Assembly (NCBI GenBank): GCA_018992565.1
Contig: JACVGW010000013.1
Location: 1-46,554 of the forward strand
From: Theionarchaea archaeon
GTDB taxonomy: Archaea > Methanobacteriota_B > Thermococci > Methanofastidiosales > SZ-28-30
Length of the DNA: 46,554 nucleotides
Reading direction: 5' to 3'
The notes under the pieces are model-generated. The model was not told where the DNA came from, did no database searches, and saw nothing but the letters and a program-made list of their open reading frames with translations. A program made the translations under genes and the position numbers. Positions 8,773 to 19,251 of the stretch are shown here, piece by piece (positions within the stretch are counted from its first letter, which is position 1; the number at the start of each line of letters is the position of its first letter).

Positions 8773-11361
8773 TTAGTGTCTTTTCACAACGATGCCAAAG
8801 GGCAGAAGCAGCGCCATGAATGACAGCAGGGCGATACTTGCCTTTTTTATGACATTGACAGTAATTTGGTCATCATCCATGAAGGCACCATTGTGATACC
8901 CTTCCGCTCTGATGACGTGACTACCTTCTCCTGATTTCTTGGGTTTCCACAGATACTCAAAAGGTGGTGTGGTATCGGTGTAGGTCAGCGTTTCATCAAT
9001 GAAGAATCTGACCTCATCGATGCCTGATGTATCCACAGTAATGAGTACATGTCCTGAAACTGTTTCGCCATTCTGAGGATGTGTGATGGTCACATAATCT
9101 GGATTGTTGAAGACATTGACAGTTACGGAATCACTGCTTTTGCAGACGCCCGAGACATATCCCTCGATCTCTAGAGTATGGGTACCATCGGAACATAGGG
9201 TAGTGTCCCAGTTGTACTTGAAGGGTGCTGATGTGTCTTCCCCGAAATATGTCCCGTCAATGTACCACTTTACAGAGTCACAGTTGCTGTCAGCAGTACA
9301 TATAACGGTGCCTGAGATGATCTGATCATCTACTGGGTTGTTGATTGTCACATAATACAGAAGGGGAGGGTGCAGTGTAACAGTGACAATATCATTGTCT
9401 TTGTATACGCCAGAACAATAACCTTTCACTTCGATAGTGTAGGTGCCATCGGAGTATTGGGTGGTGTCCCAGTTGTATTGGAAGGGTGGTGTGGTGTCGG
9501 TGGATTTGAGTAAACCATCAATATAGAATTCCACAGTATCAATGCAGCCTGTGGTGGATGTGGTAACAGTGACGGTTTCTGAAACAGTTGCCCCGTTGGC
9601 GGGGTTCGTGATGGTGACAGAGTCATCGGGTGGAGGCTTCTTGGTAAGAAAAGGTGTCTCGGGATCTCCCACCAAGTTCCTCTCGTAGAAGCACCATCTG
9701 TAGGTGGAATTGCCCTGAGCTGAGGACGCCAAGTAGCTTCGTGCTTGATTCAGCATGTCACCGAATCTCTCTTTTCCATCACTCCAAGAAGCTCTGAATT
9801 CATTTATACAGAATTCACCGGAGTACATGCAGGCATCCAGTATGGAGAACCATCCATAGTTATCATTGTAGATTGCTGCAATTGCGCCATTGCCAGGGTC
9901 TTTGACGTATGCTTCTGCCAGGCAGTCGTTGGCCTCGATCTGCCCCGTGATGCAAGCGACACTGGTGGTCCAGGGCCAGAAGGTATTGGTCATACTGGCA
10001 ATGTCTGAATTGTACCAGCTTACTGTACCACCAATTTCGTAGTTGATGTAGTAGACATTGGTGCTTCCATGTCCAATGTGAGCCACTGCCAGAGGATTCT
10101 GGGCCCAGTGAGAGATCCATGCCGCTTTGGTAACAGTACCATCTTCTTCAAAGAGGTAGTCAATGGTGTAGTCATTAGGGATGTAGTCATCACAGCTGAA
10201 GGCTAGGCATCTGGAATCGGGAGTATTACCAGTCTGCACTCTTGACTGGTGGAGCAAGACCCTCTTGGGTTTGTCAGTCTGTTCATAAGCAATGATCTTG
10301 TTCACGAAGTCCTGAGCCTCCGCTACAGTCTCACATGGTGCACGGCCGACAGCCACTTCAGCATACCAGTCCACATCATCTGCGGGCTCACCATAGTAGC
10401 TGTCACCATCTGCATTATGAGTACCATCAAGGTGTGAGAAGTACATGTCTGCCAGCATACCGCTATCAGTGTACCCCCCAGTAGACACATAAAATCCTCG
10501 GTAGGGGACAGCAGCTATGTCTCCTCCCAGCAGGACATACTTCGTACCATTGTCTGTGTACTTGTCAATGATGAAGTTTCTCATCTTCATCTGGTTGTCT
10601 GCACCGCTGTAATTGGCAGCAATCCATGATACGGTGTAAACAGCAGATCCGTTGACAAATGGAGCTTTGAAGTCGGCCAACATCTGGAATGTGGGTTTCA
10701 TAGCATCGTTAGTGATAATAATGTACTCCTCATTCTGCAAGGGGACCGGCATCGGCCCATAGGTCTGCGCCATGTCAGGATTGTCTATAAGCCCTGTAAC
10801 ATCTTCTTTGTCGGCAGGCAATCCTGTATACAGCTCGTTCTTTGCACCCTTTTCGAATTGCACCTCTACAGTCATCTCGGAATAGAATATCACTGTTCCC
10901 GATTGTGGTTTGTACTGGACAGGGAAGAGATGGACATTCAATATTGCAAACCCTCGGCAGTAGTCTATACCGATGACCTGGAATACCTCCTTGGGGTACA
11001 GACTGTCAGAGTTGTATATGTCCTCATTTCGGCCAACTCTCACCGGAATATCACTAAAGGTGCAGGGAGGCTGGCCCCACGCCACAGCAATTCCTGTCTG
11101 AAGGACAGGAGTACTGGTCTTCACTCTTATGTCTTTGACTGTTGTATCCTGTGGTAGCAGAATTCGAGCAGCTCTATATGGAATGAGTGGCTCTCCTGGG
11201 AAGGATTGTAACTGGGAATTCTCAACCAAGAACTTTCCACATCCTCCCATGGTGGGGTTGAACGTGTAGTCAACACTGAACGTGTCATTGGCAAAACCAT
11301 GCACTGGAATACCCAAGCTCACCATCAGAGCAAAAAAGATCAGTATCTTTATACCTTTCAA
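8773..11361 (-). CDS. Secreted, membrane-anchored C25 (gingipain-like) cysteine peptidase with propeptide and three Ig-like domains
   Basis: Signal peptide, propeptide, YVLLGGD, VAVGRAP, catalytic HG (HIGHGS) and AC (VACITG), NLVGDP, three 'F.Y.WDTT'-type Ig repeats, C-terminal TM + KRH. Likely TTG start at 11361 after GGAGGTGA. Confidence 0.88.
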   Translation of the reverse strand: MKGIKILIFFALMVSLGIPVHGFANDTFSVDYTFNPTMGGCGKFLVENSQLQSFPGEPLIPYRAARILLPQDTTVKDIRVKTSTPVLQTGIAVAWGQPPCTFSDIPVRVGRNEDIYNSDSLYPKEVFQVIGIDYCRGFAILNVHLFPVQYKPQSGTVIFYSEMTVEVQFEKGAKNELYTGLPADKEDVTGLIDNPDMAQTYGPMPVPLQNEEYIIITNDAMKPTFQMLADFKAPFVNGSAVYTVSWIAANYSGADNQMKMRNFIIDKYTDNGTKYVLLGGDIAAVPYRGFYVSTGGYTDSGMLADMYFSHLDGTHNADGDSYYGEPADDVDWYAEVAVGRAPCETVAEAQDFVNKIIAYEQTDKPKRVLLHQSRVQTGNTPDSRCLAFSCDDYIPNDYTIDYLFEEDGTVTKAAWISHWAQNPLAVAHIGHGSTNVYYINYEIGGTVSWYNSDIASMTNTFWPWTTSVACITGQIEANDCLAEAYVKDPGNGAIAAIYNDNYGWFSILDACMYSGEFCINEFRASWSDGKERFGDMLNQARSYLASSAQGNSTYRWCFYERNLVGDPETPFLTKKPPPDDSVTITNPANGATVSETVTVTTSTTGCIDTVEFYIDGLLKSTDTTPPFQYNWDTTQYSDGTYTIEVKGYCSGVYKDNDIVTVTLHPPLLYYVTINNPVDDQIISGTVICTADSNCDSVKWYIDGTYFGEDTSAPFKYNWDTTLCSDGTHTLEIEGYVSGVCKSSDSVTVNVFNNPDYVTITHPQNGETVSGHVLITVDTSGIDEVRFFIDETLTYTDTTPPFEYLWKPKKSGEGSHVIRAEGYHNGAFMDDDQITVNVIKKASIALLSFMALLLPFGIVVKRH

Positions 11362-11366
11362 GATTC

Positions 11367-11437
11367 TCACCTCCAATTCTTTGAATACATATTCTATGTT
11401 TTCATGTTTATAAAGATTTTCATCATACAATATGATG
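11367..11437 (-). promoter_or_regulatory. Promoter of C25 protease 1 (BRE/TATA, SD, upstream palindrome)
   Basis: GAAAATCTTTATAAACA resembles the promoter of the paralog; CATCATA-N3-TATGATG inverted repeat at 11421-11437. Confidence 0.55.
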
Positions 11438-11635
11438 GAATATTAGGAAATATTCCTGTTGGATTTCTGGAAATTAGCCACTTTCTTCTTGCTTGATTAT
11501 TCAGGAAAAGTCGCATAAAGGTGATCCCAGTCTTCAAGATTCTTCTTTGGTAAGAAAAGGAAGTTGATGTTGCAGATGCAGGGGGACTCCCAAAGGGGTT
11601 AACCCTCCGTGAAAGGGCACAGGGGTAGTATCTCT

Positions 11636-12532
11636 TCAGAAATATCGTATCCATGGGTAGTGAGCAAATACCCTGTGAAACCCAATAGCCTCATAAAACG
11701 TCTGTCCTGAACCCACAAATGCTACCGAAGCCCCCAGAGTCTTGCATCGTCTCAAGCCCTCCAGTACTGCAGCTTTCCCCAGTCCCATGAACCGATAATC
11801 TGGATCAGTAGCCACAGGTTCAACATATGCAACCCTGTTGACTTTCTCATACCACATTCCCGCATAAGAAACAAATTCCCCTTCAGGAGACTCTACCACA
11901 ATATTCAAGTCCTTCCTGAAGTTGGGGGCTGACTGCACCCTTTTCCGAAATTCTATCAAATCAGCAGGCACTTCTCCCGGATGGTTGAACCCACGGTATA
12001 AGACTCTGTTCACTTTACTGAGGTCGTTATCATCTTCCAGACTCTTAAGATGAAATCCCTCCTGTAATATAATCTGAGGAAATGGATCCACCATTGCAGA
12101 CTGTGAGGAGTACTCAGGGGAATTCGCATCCTGTCTGTAACCACGTGATCCAGCAACAGCCTCAAATTCTGAGTCGATATCACTAATAAAGGCCCTGATG
12201 TGCCGCCTTCCATTGCTCAATTCCGCAGAAAGATGAGTTTCAGCGTACTCGAGCATTTCCAATTTCAACTGAGTGAAATCTGGATGAATCTCGAAGTAGA
12301 CAGTACCGAATCGGTCTTCTATATGTGCCACACCCACAATATCTCCTGAATCCTCCCAGATGCCAAATCGTCTCAAATCAGGCTCTTTCAAATCATACGT
12401 GTAGTGCATGTACTCCCATCGGGGCTGCAGCCAGTTTGCAGACTTTTCACCCGGCACGTAGGTTGCAATCAGGAAATCTCCTACTCTTGCGAAGTCTTCT
12501 GAATGTCTGTAAGCTCTGACTTTGACACTCAT
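11636..12532 (-). CDS. GNAT family N-acetyltransferase (tandem domain)
   Basis: VEPVATDPDYRFMGLGKA acetyl-CoA motif, FYEAIGF. Confidence 0.85.
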   Translation of the reverse strand: MSVKVRAYRHSEDFARVGDFLIATYVPGEKSANWLQPRWEYMHYTYDLKEPDLRRFGIWEDSGDIVGVAHIEDRFGTVYFEIHPDFTQLKLEMLEYAETHLSAELSNGRRHIRAFISDIDSEFEAVAGSRGYRQDANSPEYSSQSAMVDPFPQIILQEGFHLKSLEDDNDLSKVNRVLYRGFNHPGEVPADLIEFRKRVQSAPNFRKDLNIVVESPEGEFVSYAGMWYEKVNRVAYVEPVATDPDYRFMGLGKAAVLEGLRRCKTLGASVAFVGSGQTFYEAIGFHRVFAHYPWIRYF

Positions 12533-12572
12533 GCCATCATCTCACTATGAGTGTATGCTCCAGCCTGCCACA

Positions 12573-13037
12573 CTACCTATCACCTGCCTCATCCCAGTAG
12601 CAGTGTCTTTTTCCCTTGCTCAACCACTCTTCAAGCCCCATCTCTTTGATGTCTTTTAGATTCCTCATGTTGGATTCGTAATGGAGTCCATTGAACTTGG
12701 ATTTTAGGAGGTTGCAGGTCTCCAGTTCATCACATTCATAGCATGCGAAGAATCCTTTCTTCCTGCAGCATTTCGCAATGTGACAGAATACCTCCTCACC
12801 TTTTCTTTCTCTGCAGATTTTTGGACACCTCAGGTGAGTCATGAAGGTGAGCATCTCATAAAATTCCCAGTACTTCTCACCCTGTTCAGGGAACACACAT
12901 TGTATTGTCTGATTAACCTTATGAGTATCAACAACCACTTTCAGGCTATCTGCTGTATCTGCAAGTACCCCTGTGTAGCCGAGACAATCACCACAATATC
13001 CTCCGCAATATGCAAGCAATTCCTTTCTTTCCATCAT
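12573..13037 (-). CDS. DUF3795-like Cys-rich protein
   Basis: AYCGGYCGDC, CPKIC, CHIAKCC, CYEC, NLKDIKEMGLEEW. Confidence 0.8.
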   Translation of the reverse strand: MMERKELLAYCGGYCGDCLGYTGVLADTADSLKVVVDTHKVNQTIQCVFPEQGEKYWEFYEMLTFMTHLRCPKICRERKGEEVFCHIAKCCRKKGFFACYECDELETCNLLKSKFNGLHYESNMRNLKDIKEMGLEEWLSKGKRHCYWDEAGDR

Positions 13038-13093
13038 GTAGGGTTCTCCTCCCCCTGGATAGATATATCCCCAAGAAGGATGTCCATAATTCG

Positions 13094-13786
13094 TTACTCA
13101 GGAAGATGAATCGCTATTTCACAGCACTCGTCACCGGCAAGAACTGATTTCAGCAACTCCACATCGACTGGTTTCTGAAGTACATATTCCCAGATACCCT
13201 TATAGAACCCTGCTCCGCAATAGCAGTATGTTGGTGAGATAGTGATCCCTGATTGTACAGCATCTCTGACTCGTGGACAATGGCAGTACAGTGCTCTCCT
13301 CTTTGCCGGGTCCTTTTCTTCCATGTATTCTGTGATATAGCCGCTCTTAGGTATCTTTGTGGCAATGATGGTATTCCCTTTCTTGATTCCTGCCAGCCCC
13401 CATCCTCCGGTTATGATTTCATTGATGATATGATCCTCCAATCCTAACTCATCCCTCAGGAACAACTCAAATTGGTTCTGCAGCATTTGATGAACAGTGT
13501 CAATGTCCTGCGTTTCTTCAAATATTCTTCTGATTTCTCGTAACTGGGATGTGGGGTATTGACATGCACACCCAGTCATGATGTCTTTCCGATTCTTCTC
13601 TTCAACCAGGGAATCAAGAAGTTCCATGGCCCCCTTTGACCACCTGATTACGTCCTCTCGATTAGAGGTCACAGAGAAATTCTCACTGCCTGTCATAATC
13701 TTCTCCCTGACGTTTCTTTCAGCTTTTTCATCTAGCTGTCGAGAGAATTTAGCCAGCCATGCCTTCTCAAAATCCTCTTCCCTCAT
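13094..13786 (-). CDS. Cys-rich conserved protein (DUF6144-like, V4R-related)
   Basis: GCAC, YCHCP, YCYCGAGF, SVLAGDECC. Start moved to ATG 13786. Confidence 0.7.
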   Translation of the reverse strand: MREEDFEKAWLAKFSRQLDEKAERNVREKIMTGSENFSVTSNREDVIRWSKGAMELLDSLVEEKNRKDIMTGCACQYPTSQLREIRRIFEETQDIDTVHQMLQNQFELFLRDELGLEDHIINEIITGGWGLAGIKKGNTIIATKIPKSGYITEYMEEKDPAKRRALYCHCPRVRDAVQSGITISPTYCYCGAGFYKGIWEYVLQKPVDVELLKSVLAGDECCEIAIHLPE

Positions 13787-13910
13787 GACATCACTCTCGC
13801 TTTTCCTAGGTATAGAATCGGTAAGAAAGGATACCTTAAATATGCTTTCATGACTTGAAATTTCTCTTAAGAACTCACTGTCTGCTCCAATTGACATTCG
13901 GATGAATCAC

Positions 13911-13940
13911 AAGAAGAAAAGGCAAAAAAAGAAAAAAATA
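13911..13940 (-). terminator. Oligo-T terminator of the OPT gene
   Basis: T tracts on the minus strand directly after the stop at 13943. Confidence 0.6.
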
Positions 13941-13942
13941 GA

Positions 13943-15667
13943 TTATCTTGATCTCCTTATCATGTACACTCCTGTGGTTATCACCAGAAGCACCACAAAG
14001 ACCAGCAGCAATACCTGAAGAGACATCACCCTAGACAATCCAGCCACGAAAATCGCACCAGATACAAACCCTGCAATACCTTCTCCTCCCATCAGCCCTG
14101 CAGCAGTCAGAATACCTTCCTGAGTAACGTGGGGTGCCTTCCTATCTGTATACCATCGGATAATCCCGCCAATAAAGAACAGGAATCCAAAGGTCAACCC
14201 CAGGAACATGCCAATACCGAAGGCCATGAAGGATACGGGAAGGGTTTTCTTGGTGGCTCTCTGCAGGACTTCCAGCACAAAAGCAATACCAAACCCGGTC
14301 AGGAACACTGAAGGATACTTGAACCCAAAAATGCTGCCAGCCACCAGGACTGCCTGAGGCGCGGGCATCTCGGGAGTGAACAGAACAGCAGAGTAACCCT
14401 CGACGATAATCTTCAATATGATGGGGGCCATAATTCCTGCTGCAATAGCGCAGATGAAGTCAACTTTTATGATGTCTTTGGGCCGAGTATTGAGAATCTG
14501 AGCAGATTTGTAGTCATGGCCGATATCTCCCGCCAGAGCTGCTGCTACAGATACAAAGCACACCAGCATGAAAGCAGGTAAGTATCCCAATTCCTTGTCC
14601 ACAGCTGCATATATACCCAAACAGAGCAGTCCAATAATAATTCCGAATTGCTCTAATGGGTCAATATTTGTCTCTCCTGTCATTCGGGCAGCTACCGTGG
14701 CCATGATCCAGACGCCGGCCACTGATAGAATCGATGCGAGTACAGGAACACCCACTGCCACCAGGACCAAAAAGGCAATTACTGACCCAATCGGGGTAAA
14801 CCGGGTATACCAGGGAGCTCCTTTCCACCTGAACAATGGCAAGAAGATAGCTTTCGCCTTGGGAATGACGTATCCGACAAAGAACCCAACTCCTGAGCCA
14901 AGGACAAATCCCATTCCCAACTCTTGAACCAGTGTCCCTCCATCACCTGTAAATCCTGTGTGAACCAAGTAGGGAATGATAATCACCCAGCCAATGACTG
15001 ATCCTAGAAACCAAGAATTCACTGATGCTTTAGGTCCCAGTATGTATCCTATCCCCACACCCAATGGCATGGGATAGAGCGTGAAATAAATACCATATAC
15101 TGCCAGACCAGTAAGGGCAATCCCTCCAGGAAACCACAAATCTCTGGACAGTGCAAAAATACCTGTCAGCAAACCCACGAAGGCTACCAGATACGCATGG
15201 GTTCCCCCATGGAACTCTGCTTTCAGGACTTCTGCTCCTGCAGCCCCTGAGGGATAGGGAAGATTCTCTTCGTCAATGAAAGCTCTTCTCACGGGGATGG
15301 AGAGCAGCACTCCAAGAGCACCACCTGTGATACAGATCAAAGCCAGGGCCCACCATGAGGGCAATGGAATAGAGAGGCCTTTTGTCTGCTGTAGATATAT
15401 GATCCCCGGTATGGTGAACACTACTCCTGATGCCATCAATCCACCGATTGTTCCTCCTGCTTGTGCCACATTGATTTCATGAATGGAGGTCTTGAACATT
15501 TTGAGGGCAGCACCAGCTACAATGACAGAGAAAATGATGGGCCAGGGAAGGGCACCAATCTTGAGAGCAATGTATGAAGAAGTTGCAACTAGAAGTATGG
15601 TCAACATAACTGCAATTCCTAGCGCACGAATTGTGAATCCGCTTTCTCCTTGCTCTTCTGGAATCAT
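13943..15667 (-). CDS. OPT/YSL family oligopeptide transporter
   Basis: FTIRAL, YIALKIG, EINVAQ, LPYPSGAAGAEVL, HDYKS, PAPQA, GLMGGEG; many TM segments. Confidence 0.9.
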   Translation of the reverse strand: MIPEEQGESGFTIRALGIAVMLTILLVATSSYIALKIGALPWPIIFSVIVAGAALKMFKTSIHEINVAQAGGTIGGLMASGVVFTIPGIIYLQQTKGLSIPLPSWWALALICITGGALGVLLSIPVRRAFIDEENLPYPSGAAGAEVLKAEFHGGTHAYLVAFVGLLTGIFALSRDLWFPGGIALTGLAVYGIYFTLYPMPLGVGIGYILGPKASVNSWFLGSVIGWVIIIPYLVHTGFTGDGGTLVQELGMGFVLGSGVGFFVGYVIPKAKAIFLPLFRWKGAPWYTRFTPIGSVIAFLVLVAVGVPVLASILSVAGVWIMATVAARMTGETNIDPLEQFGIIIGLLCLGIYAAVDKELGYLPAFMLVCFVSVAAALAGDIGHDYKSAQILNTRPKDIIKVDFICAIAAGIMAPIILKIIVEGYSAVLFTPEMPAPQAVLVAGSIFGFKYPSVFLTGFGIAFVLEVLQRATKKTLPVSFMAFGIGMFLGLTFGFLFFIGGIIRWYTDRKAPHVTQEGILTAAGLMGGEGIAGFVSGAIFVAGLSRVMSLQVLLLVFVVLLVITTGVYMIRRSR

Positions 15668-15843
15668 GCAATCACCGCATCCCGGCTCGACAATTGATTA
15701 TATAAACGTTTTGTAAAAAGTATATAGAAGACTGAAATCTTCTATAGTATGTATAGAGTCCAGGAATTGGTGGACCACCCTGAGCAAAAATTGATGAACT
15801 GCCAGCAGCACACCTTTTTAACTGAAAGCGAATTCTGAATACC

Positions 15844-16608
15844 ATGGCTGACATTGTCTTCTTTTTTGTGCTGGGTGTCATTCAGGGTATTCTGGAATGG
15901 CTCCCCGTCTCAAGTTCGGGAAATATCACACTGCTTCTGGTCAACGTATCTCATGTCTCCTTCTCTGAAGCAGTGAGAGTATCTTTCTTTCTACATGCTG
16001 GCACAATGCTGTCCGTAATAGTAAAATTCAGACAGAGACTATACGAACTAGCGAAAGAGGTTATGTACAGAGAGAAAACGCCATTTGTATATTTCTATGT
16101 GGTGGCCACTCTGCTCTCGTGCCTCATTGGTGTGACATTCTACTGGCTGCTGGAGCTTGAAATACCAGATATGGTAGGTTCCCTCTTGATTGCATTCTTC
16201 CTGATTATTACAGGAATAATCATCAGGACTAGAAAAGAAGGATTGAAGACAATGCAGGAACCAACACTCAAAGATGCATGCCTGGTGGGCATAGCCCAGG
16301 GGGTTGCAGTCATTCCTGGAATATCCCGGAGTGGGACCACCATTGCAGCTCTGCTTTCACGGGGTATAAACCAAAAGGATGCACTTGAAACTTCATTTCT
16401 GCTGTCAATTCCTCCCGTTTTGGGGTTGATGATCCTGACATTTTCTGGATTTCAGCCTGTATATCTCCTCAGTCTAGTGGTTTCTTTTGCATTCAGCCTT
16501 GTATCCATGGAAATTCTCTTGAGAGCAGCCAGGAAGCTTGATTTCAGCTGGTTTTGTTTTGCTGTTGCACTGATGACTATCCTGATTGTGGGTGTACAGG
16601 TTGTGTAG
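15844..16608 (+). CDS. uppP: Undecaprenyl/polyprenyl-diphosphate phosphatase (BacA family)
   Basis: QGILEWLPVSSSG, PGISRSG, SFLLSIP. Confidence 0.9.
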   Translation: MADIVFFFVLGVIQGILEWLPVSSSGNITLLLVNVSHVSFSEAVRVSFFLHAGTMLSVIVKFRQRLYELAKEVMYREKTPFVYFYVVATLLSCLIGVTFYWLLELEIPDMVGSLLIAFFLIITGIIIRTRKEGLKTMQEPTLKDACLVGIAQGVAVIPGISRSGTTIAALLSRGINQKDALETSFLLSIPPVLGLMILTFSGFQPVYLLSLVVSFAFSLVSMEILLRAARKLDFSWFCFAVALMTILIVGVQVV

Positions 16609-16720
16609 TCCGGATTCGTCCAGATAACTGAGCTCTGGGGCAAATTGTAGCTAAAAAAAGAAGTGGCTGAGCTCATCAGTCTGAGCACAGCGTCTCCACC
16701 TACAGAACATTACATGGTCA

Positions 16721-17875
16721 CTAGGTCATGGCCTCCAGGATCTCTCTGGGCTGGTGCACTTCACCACCGATCTTGGATATGGGTACAGATTCAACACAGG
16801 AATACTCCCTGATGGGGTGAACCATCTGGCCAAGGTTCATCTCCGGGACGTAAATCTTCTTTACTGTCTGACCAATTCTCTCCATCTCCTTGATGGGGAA
16901 GGGCCAAATGCTGATCATCCTGAAATATCCTGCTTTGATCCCTTTCTTCCTGGCCATTTCCACAGCAGTCAGGGCAGACCGTGCAGTGATCCCATATGAT
17001 ACGACAGCCACATCTGCGTCGTCCATGTACTTCTCTTCATACATGGTGATCTTCTCTCTATCCCTGGTGATCTTTTCTATCATCCGGGTGACCATACGGG
17101 TGTGTATTTCTGGGTTGTCCGTTCTGGGAAGCCCCCTTTCATCATGGGTCAGCCCTGTAACATATGTCTTATACCCGGACCCAAAGGGAGCAAATTCAGG
17201 CACCAGACTCCCCTTATGGGTGTACCCAGTCCTGAAAGGCACATATTCGCCTTTTTCAATAGTCGCTAGAACCCTGTTCACAGTCTCGACCTCATCGGGA
17301 ATGACAATTTTCTCCCGCATGTGGCCTACGTCTGCATCCATCAACAGAACCACAGGATTCCTGTACTTTTCAGCCATATTGAAGCAATGAATGGTCAAGT
17401 CCATGGTTTCCTGGACAGAATTGGGAGAAAACGCAATGATCTCGTGGTCACCATGCGTTCCCCATCTGGTCTGCAGCATATCACCTTGGGCTGCCATGGT
17501 TGGCTGCCCTGTTGAGGGTCCTGATCTCTGGACATTGACGATCACACAGGGAGTCTCTGTCATGCAGGCATATCCAATATTCTCCATCATTAAGGAGAAC
17601 CCGGGACCGGATGTGGCAGTCATGGATTTTACTCCTGCCCACGAAGCCCCAATCACCGCAGAGATGGAGGCAATCTCATCTTCCATTTGCATGTACACGC
17701 CGCCCACTCTGGGCATCATCTGAGACATGGCTTCTGCAGTTTCAGTTGCAGGAGTGATGGGGTACCCTCCAAAAAAGGTGCATCCTGCCAGTAGCGCCCC
17801 ATACGCACAGGTAATGTCTCCCTGCTCAAACTGCACTTTGGGCCCTAACACGTTCTTGACTTTTTCCATGTCCAT
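16721..17875 (-). CDS. korA: 2-oxoacid:ferredoxin oxidoreductase alpha subunit
   Basis: GYPITP, QMEDE, TATSGPGFSLM, QRSGPSTG, EMNLGQ. SD GGAGG precedes ATG 17875. Confidence 0.92.
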   Translation of the reverse strand: MDMEKVKNVLGPKVQFEQGDITCAYGALLAGCTFFGGYPITPATETAEAMSQMMPRVGGVYMQMEDEIASISAVIGASWAGVKSMTATSGPGFSLMMENIGYACMTETPCVIVNVQRSGPSTGQPTMAAQGDMLQTRWGTHGDHEIIAFSPNSVQETMDLTIHCFNMAEKYRNPVVLLMDADVGHMREKIVIPDEVETVNRVLATIEKGEYVPFRTGYTHKGSLVPEFAPFGSGYKTYVTGLTHDERGLPRTDNPEIHTRMVTRMIEKITRDREKITMYEEKYMDDADVAVVSYGITARSALTAVEMARKKGIKAGYFRMISIWPFPIKEMERIGQTVKKIYVPEMNLGQMVHPIREYSCVESVPISKIGGEVHQPREILEAMT

Positions 17876-18101
17876 GAGTATCCTCCTCCAGTTCTTCATC
17901 TTTGGTAACGGAAATAGCGAAGTCGGGGCAGATCAGTTCACACAAGCGACATTCAACGCACTGATCTCCTCTCACCACTTTGGGTGGGAAAACCCCTTTC
18001 TTGTTCAGCTCCTCTGAAGGTTCAAAAACCTTCTGCGGGCAGAACAAAACACACAATCCACATCCTTTGCATAAATCCTCATCAACGTGAATATCAGTCA
18101 T
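17826..18101 (-). CDS. korD: 2x[4Fe-4S] ferredoxin / 2-oxoacid oxidoreductase delta subunit
   Basis: CKGCGLCVLFCP and CVECRLCELICPDFAI. Confidence 0.88.
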   Translation of the reverse strand: MTDIHVDEDLCKGCGLCVLFCPQKVFEPSEELNKKGVFPPKVVRGDQCVECRLCELICPDFAISVTKDEELEEDTHGHGKSQERVRAQSAV

Positions 18102-19251
18102 CTTTAATCGCCTTCTTCAACAGCTCTATAATATCCATCATTTCCAGGTGCGAATTCTTCTTCTTGATGCCGTCCAGCAAGTTCTGGTAGCAGAACGAAC
18201 ATGCAGACACGATAATGTCAGCGCCAGTCTCCTCCGCTTGTTCCAGCCTGCGAACAGACATGTCCACAGCCCGGTCGGCAAATCCTGTCTTCACTCCGCC
18301 GCCTGCACCACAGCACCAGGAATTTTCCCGTATGAACTGCATCTCTCTGAACTCCACTCCAGGAATGGCTTTCAATATCTCTCTGGGTGCATCAAACACA
18401 CCGCAGTGCCTGCCCAGGTGACAGGGGTCGTGATATGTTACTACTGCTTCCACTTCTTTTAAGGGTATCTTCCCTTCTTTTATAAGTTCTGCTACTAGTT
18501 CTACTGCATGCATTCTGCGCTGCTCAATGTCCACAACCCGAGGATATGCATTCTTCTGCGTGTTCAGGCACCCGGGACAGGAATATATAATGGTGTGGGC
18601 CCCTGACTTGTCAAAGTTTTCTTTGTTAATATTGGCCAGCCGTTCAAAGATATCAGGGTGTCCAATACCCCGTACTGTACCACCGCAGCATGCCTCTTTC
18701 TTGCCCAGGTATCCAATATCCACTCCGGCAGATTTCAGAATCTCTGTCACGTCGGTGGTCATTCCCCATAACCGGGGATCATACCCTGCTGTGCATCCCA
18801 CGTAGTACAGGACATCTCCCGTCTCTTTGCTCATATCCTTTATATCCAGTTTTCGAGCCCACCGCTGTCGTCCAGACCGTGGCTGGAGCCATGGATTATC
18901 GTATGATTCTAATGATTTAATCAGGGGTTCGTGCTCAGGTTTTATATGCCCGGATGAAGCAGCGAGAGCACGCATCTTCAGGATTGCATCCGTAGTCTTT
19001 ACCTCCCAGGGGCAATTCTTCATGCAGGCGAGGCAGGTAGTGCAGGACCACAGATCGTCTGAATCAAAAATACGGTCTTTCAGTCCAAGCTGGGCCATAT
19101 GGAAGAGCTCACGGGACCGGTACTGGGAGACCCTCCCTGAAGGGCATCGGGCAGTGCAGGTTCCGCACTGCATGCAGGCAGAAAATCCCAGTTCCACTGC
19201 CTGTTCCACCTCTTCAGAAAACTCGAAGTCCATCTCTTCTGCAGTAATCAT
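18094..19251 (-). CDS. HdrD-like (HdrC-type Fe-S + two CCG domains) heterodisulfide reductase-related protein
   Basis: CMQCGTCTARCP, CTTCLACMKNCP, VGC..CCG..CPGC, YHDPCHLGR..CCGAGGG..CSFC. Confidence 0.87.
   Translation of the reverse strand: MITAEEMDFEFSEEVEQAVELGFSACMQCGTCTARCPSGRVSQYRSRELFHMAQLGLKDRIFDSDDLWSCTTCLACMKNCPWEVKTTDAILKMRALAASSGHIKPEHEPLIKSLESYDNPWLQPRSGRQRWARKLDIKDMSKETGDVLYYVGCTAGYDPRLWGMTTDVTEILKSAGVDIGYLGKKEACCGGTVRGIGHPDIFERLANINKENFDKSGAHTIIYSCPGCLNTQKNAYPRVVDIEQRRMHAVELVAELIKEGKIPLKEVEAVVTYHDPCHLGRHCGVFDAPREILKAIPGVEFREMQFIRENSWCCGAGGGVKTGFADRAVDMSVRRLEQAEETGADIIVSACSFCYQNLLDGIKKKNSHLEMMDIIELLKKAIKDD

Noticed and set aside
11575..11630. GC-rich short hairpins (GGGTTAACCC etc.) downstream of the GNAT gene as an ncRNA or SECIS
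   Set aside because: The stems are short, match no family I recognise, and there is no selenoprotein. They may simply be a terminator.
15844..16608. uppP in an archaeon as evidence of cell-wall synthesis
   Set aside because: BacA homologs are common in archaea, plausibly for polyprenyl-phosphate recycling, and no mur genes are present here.
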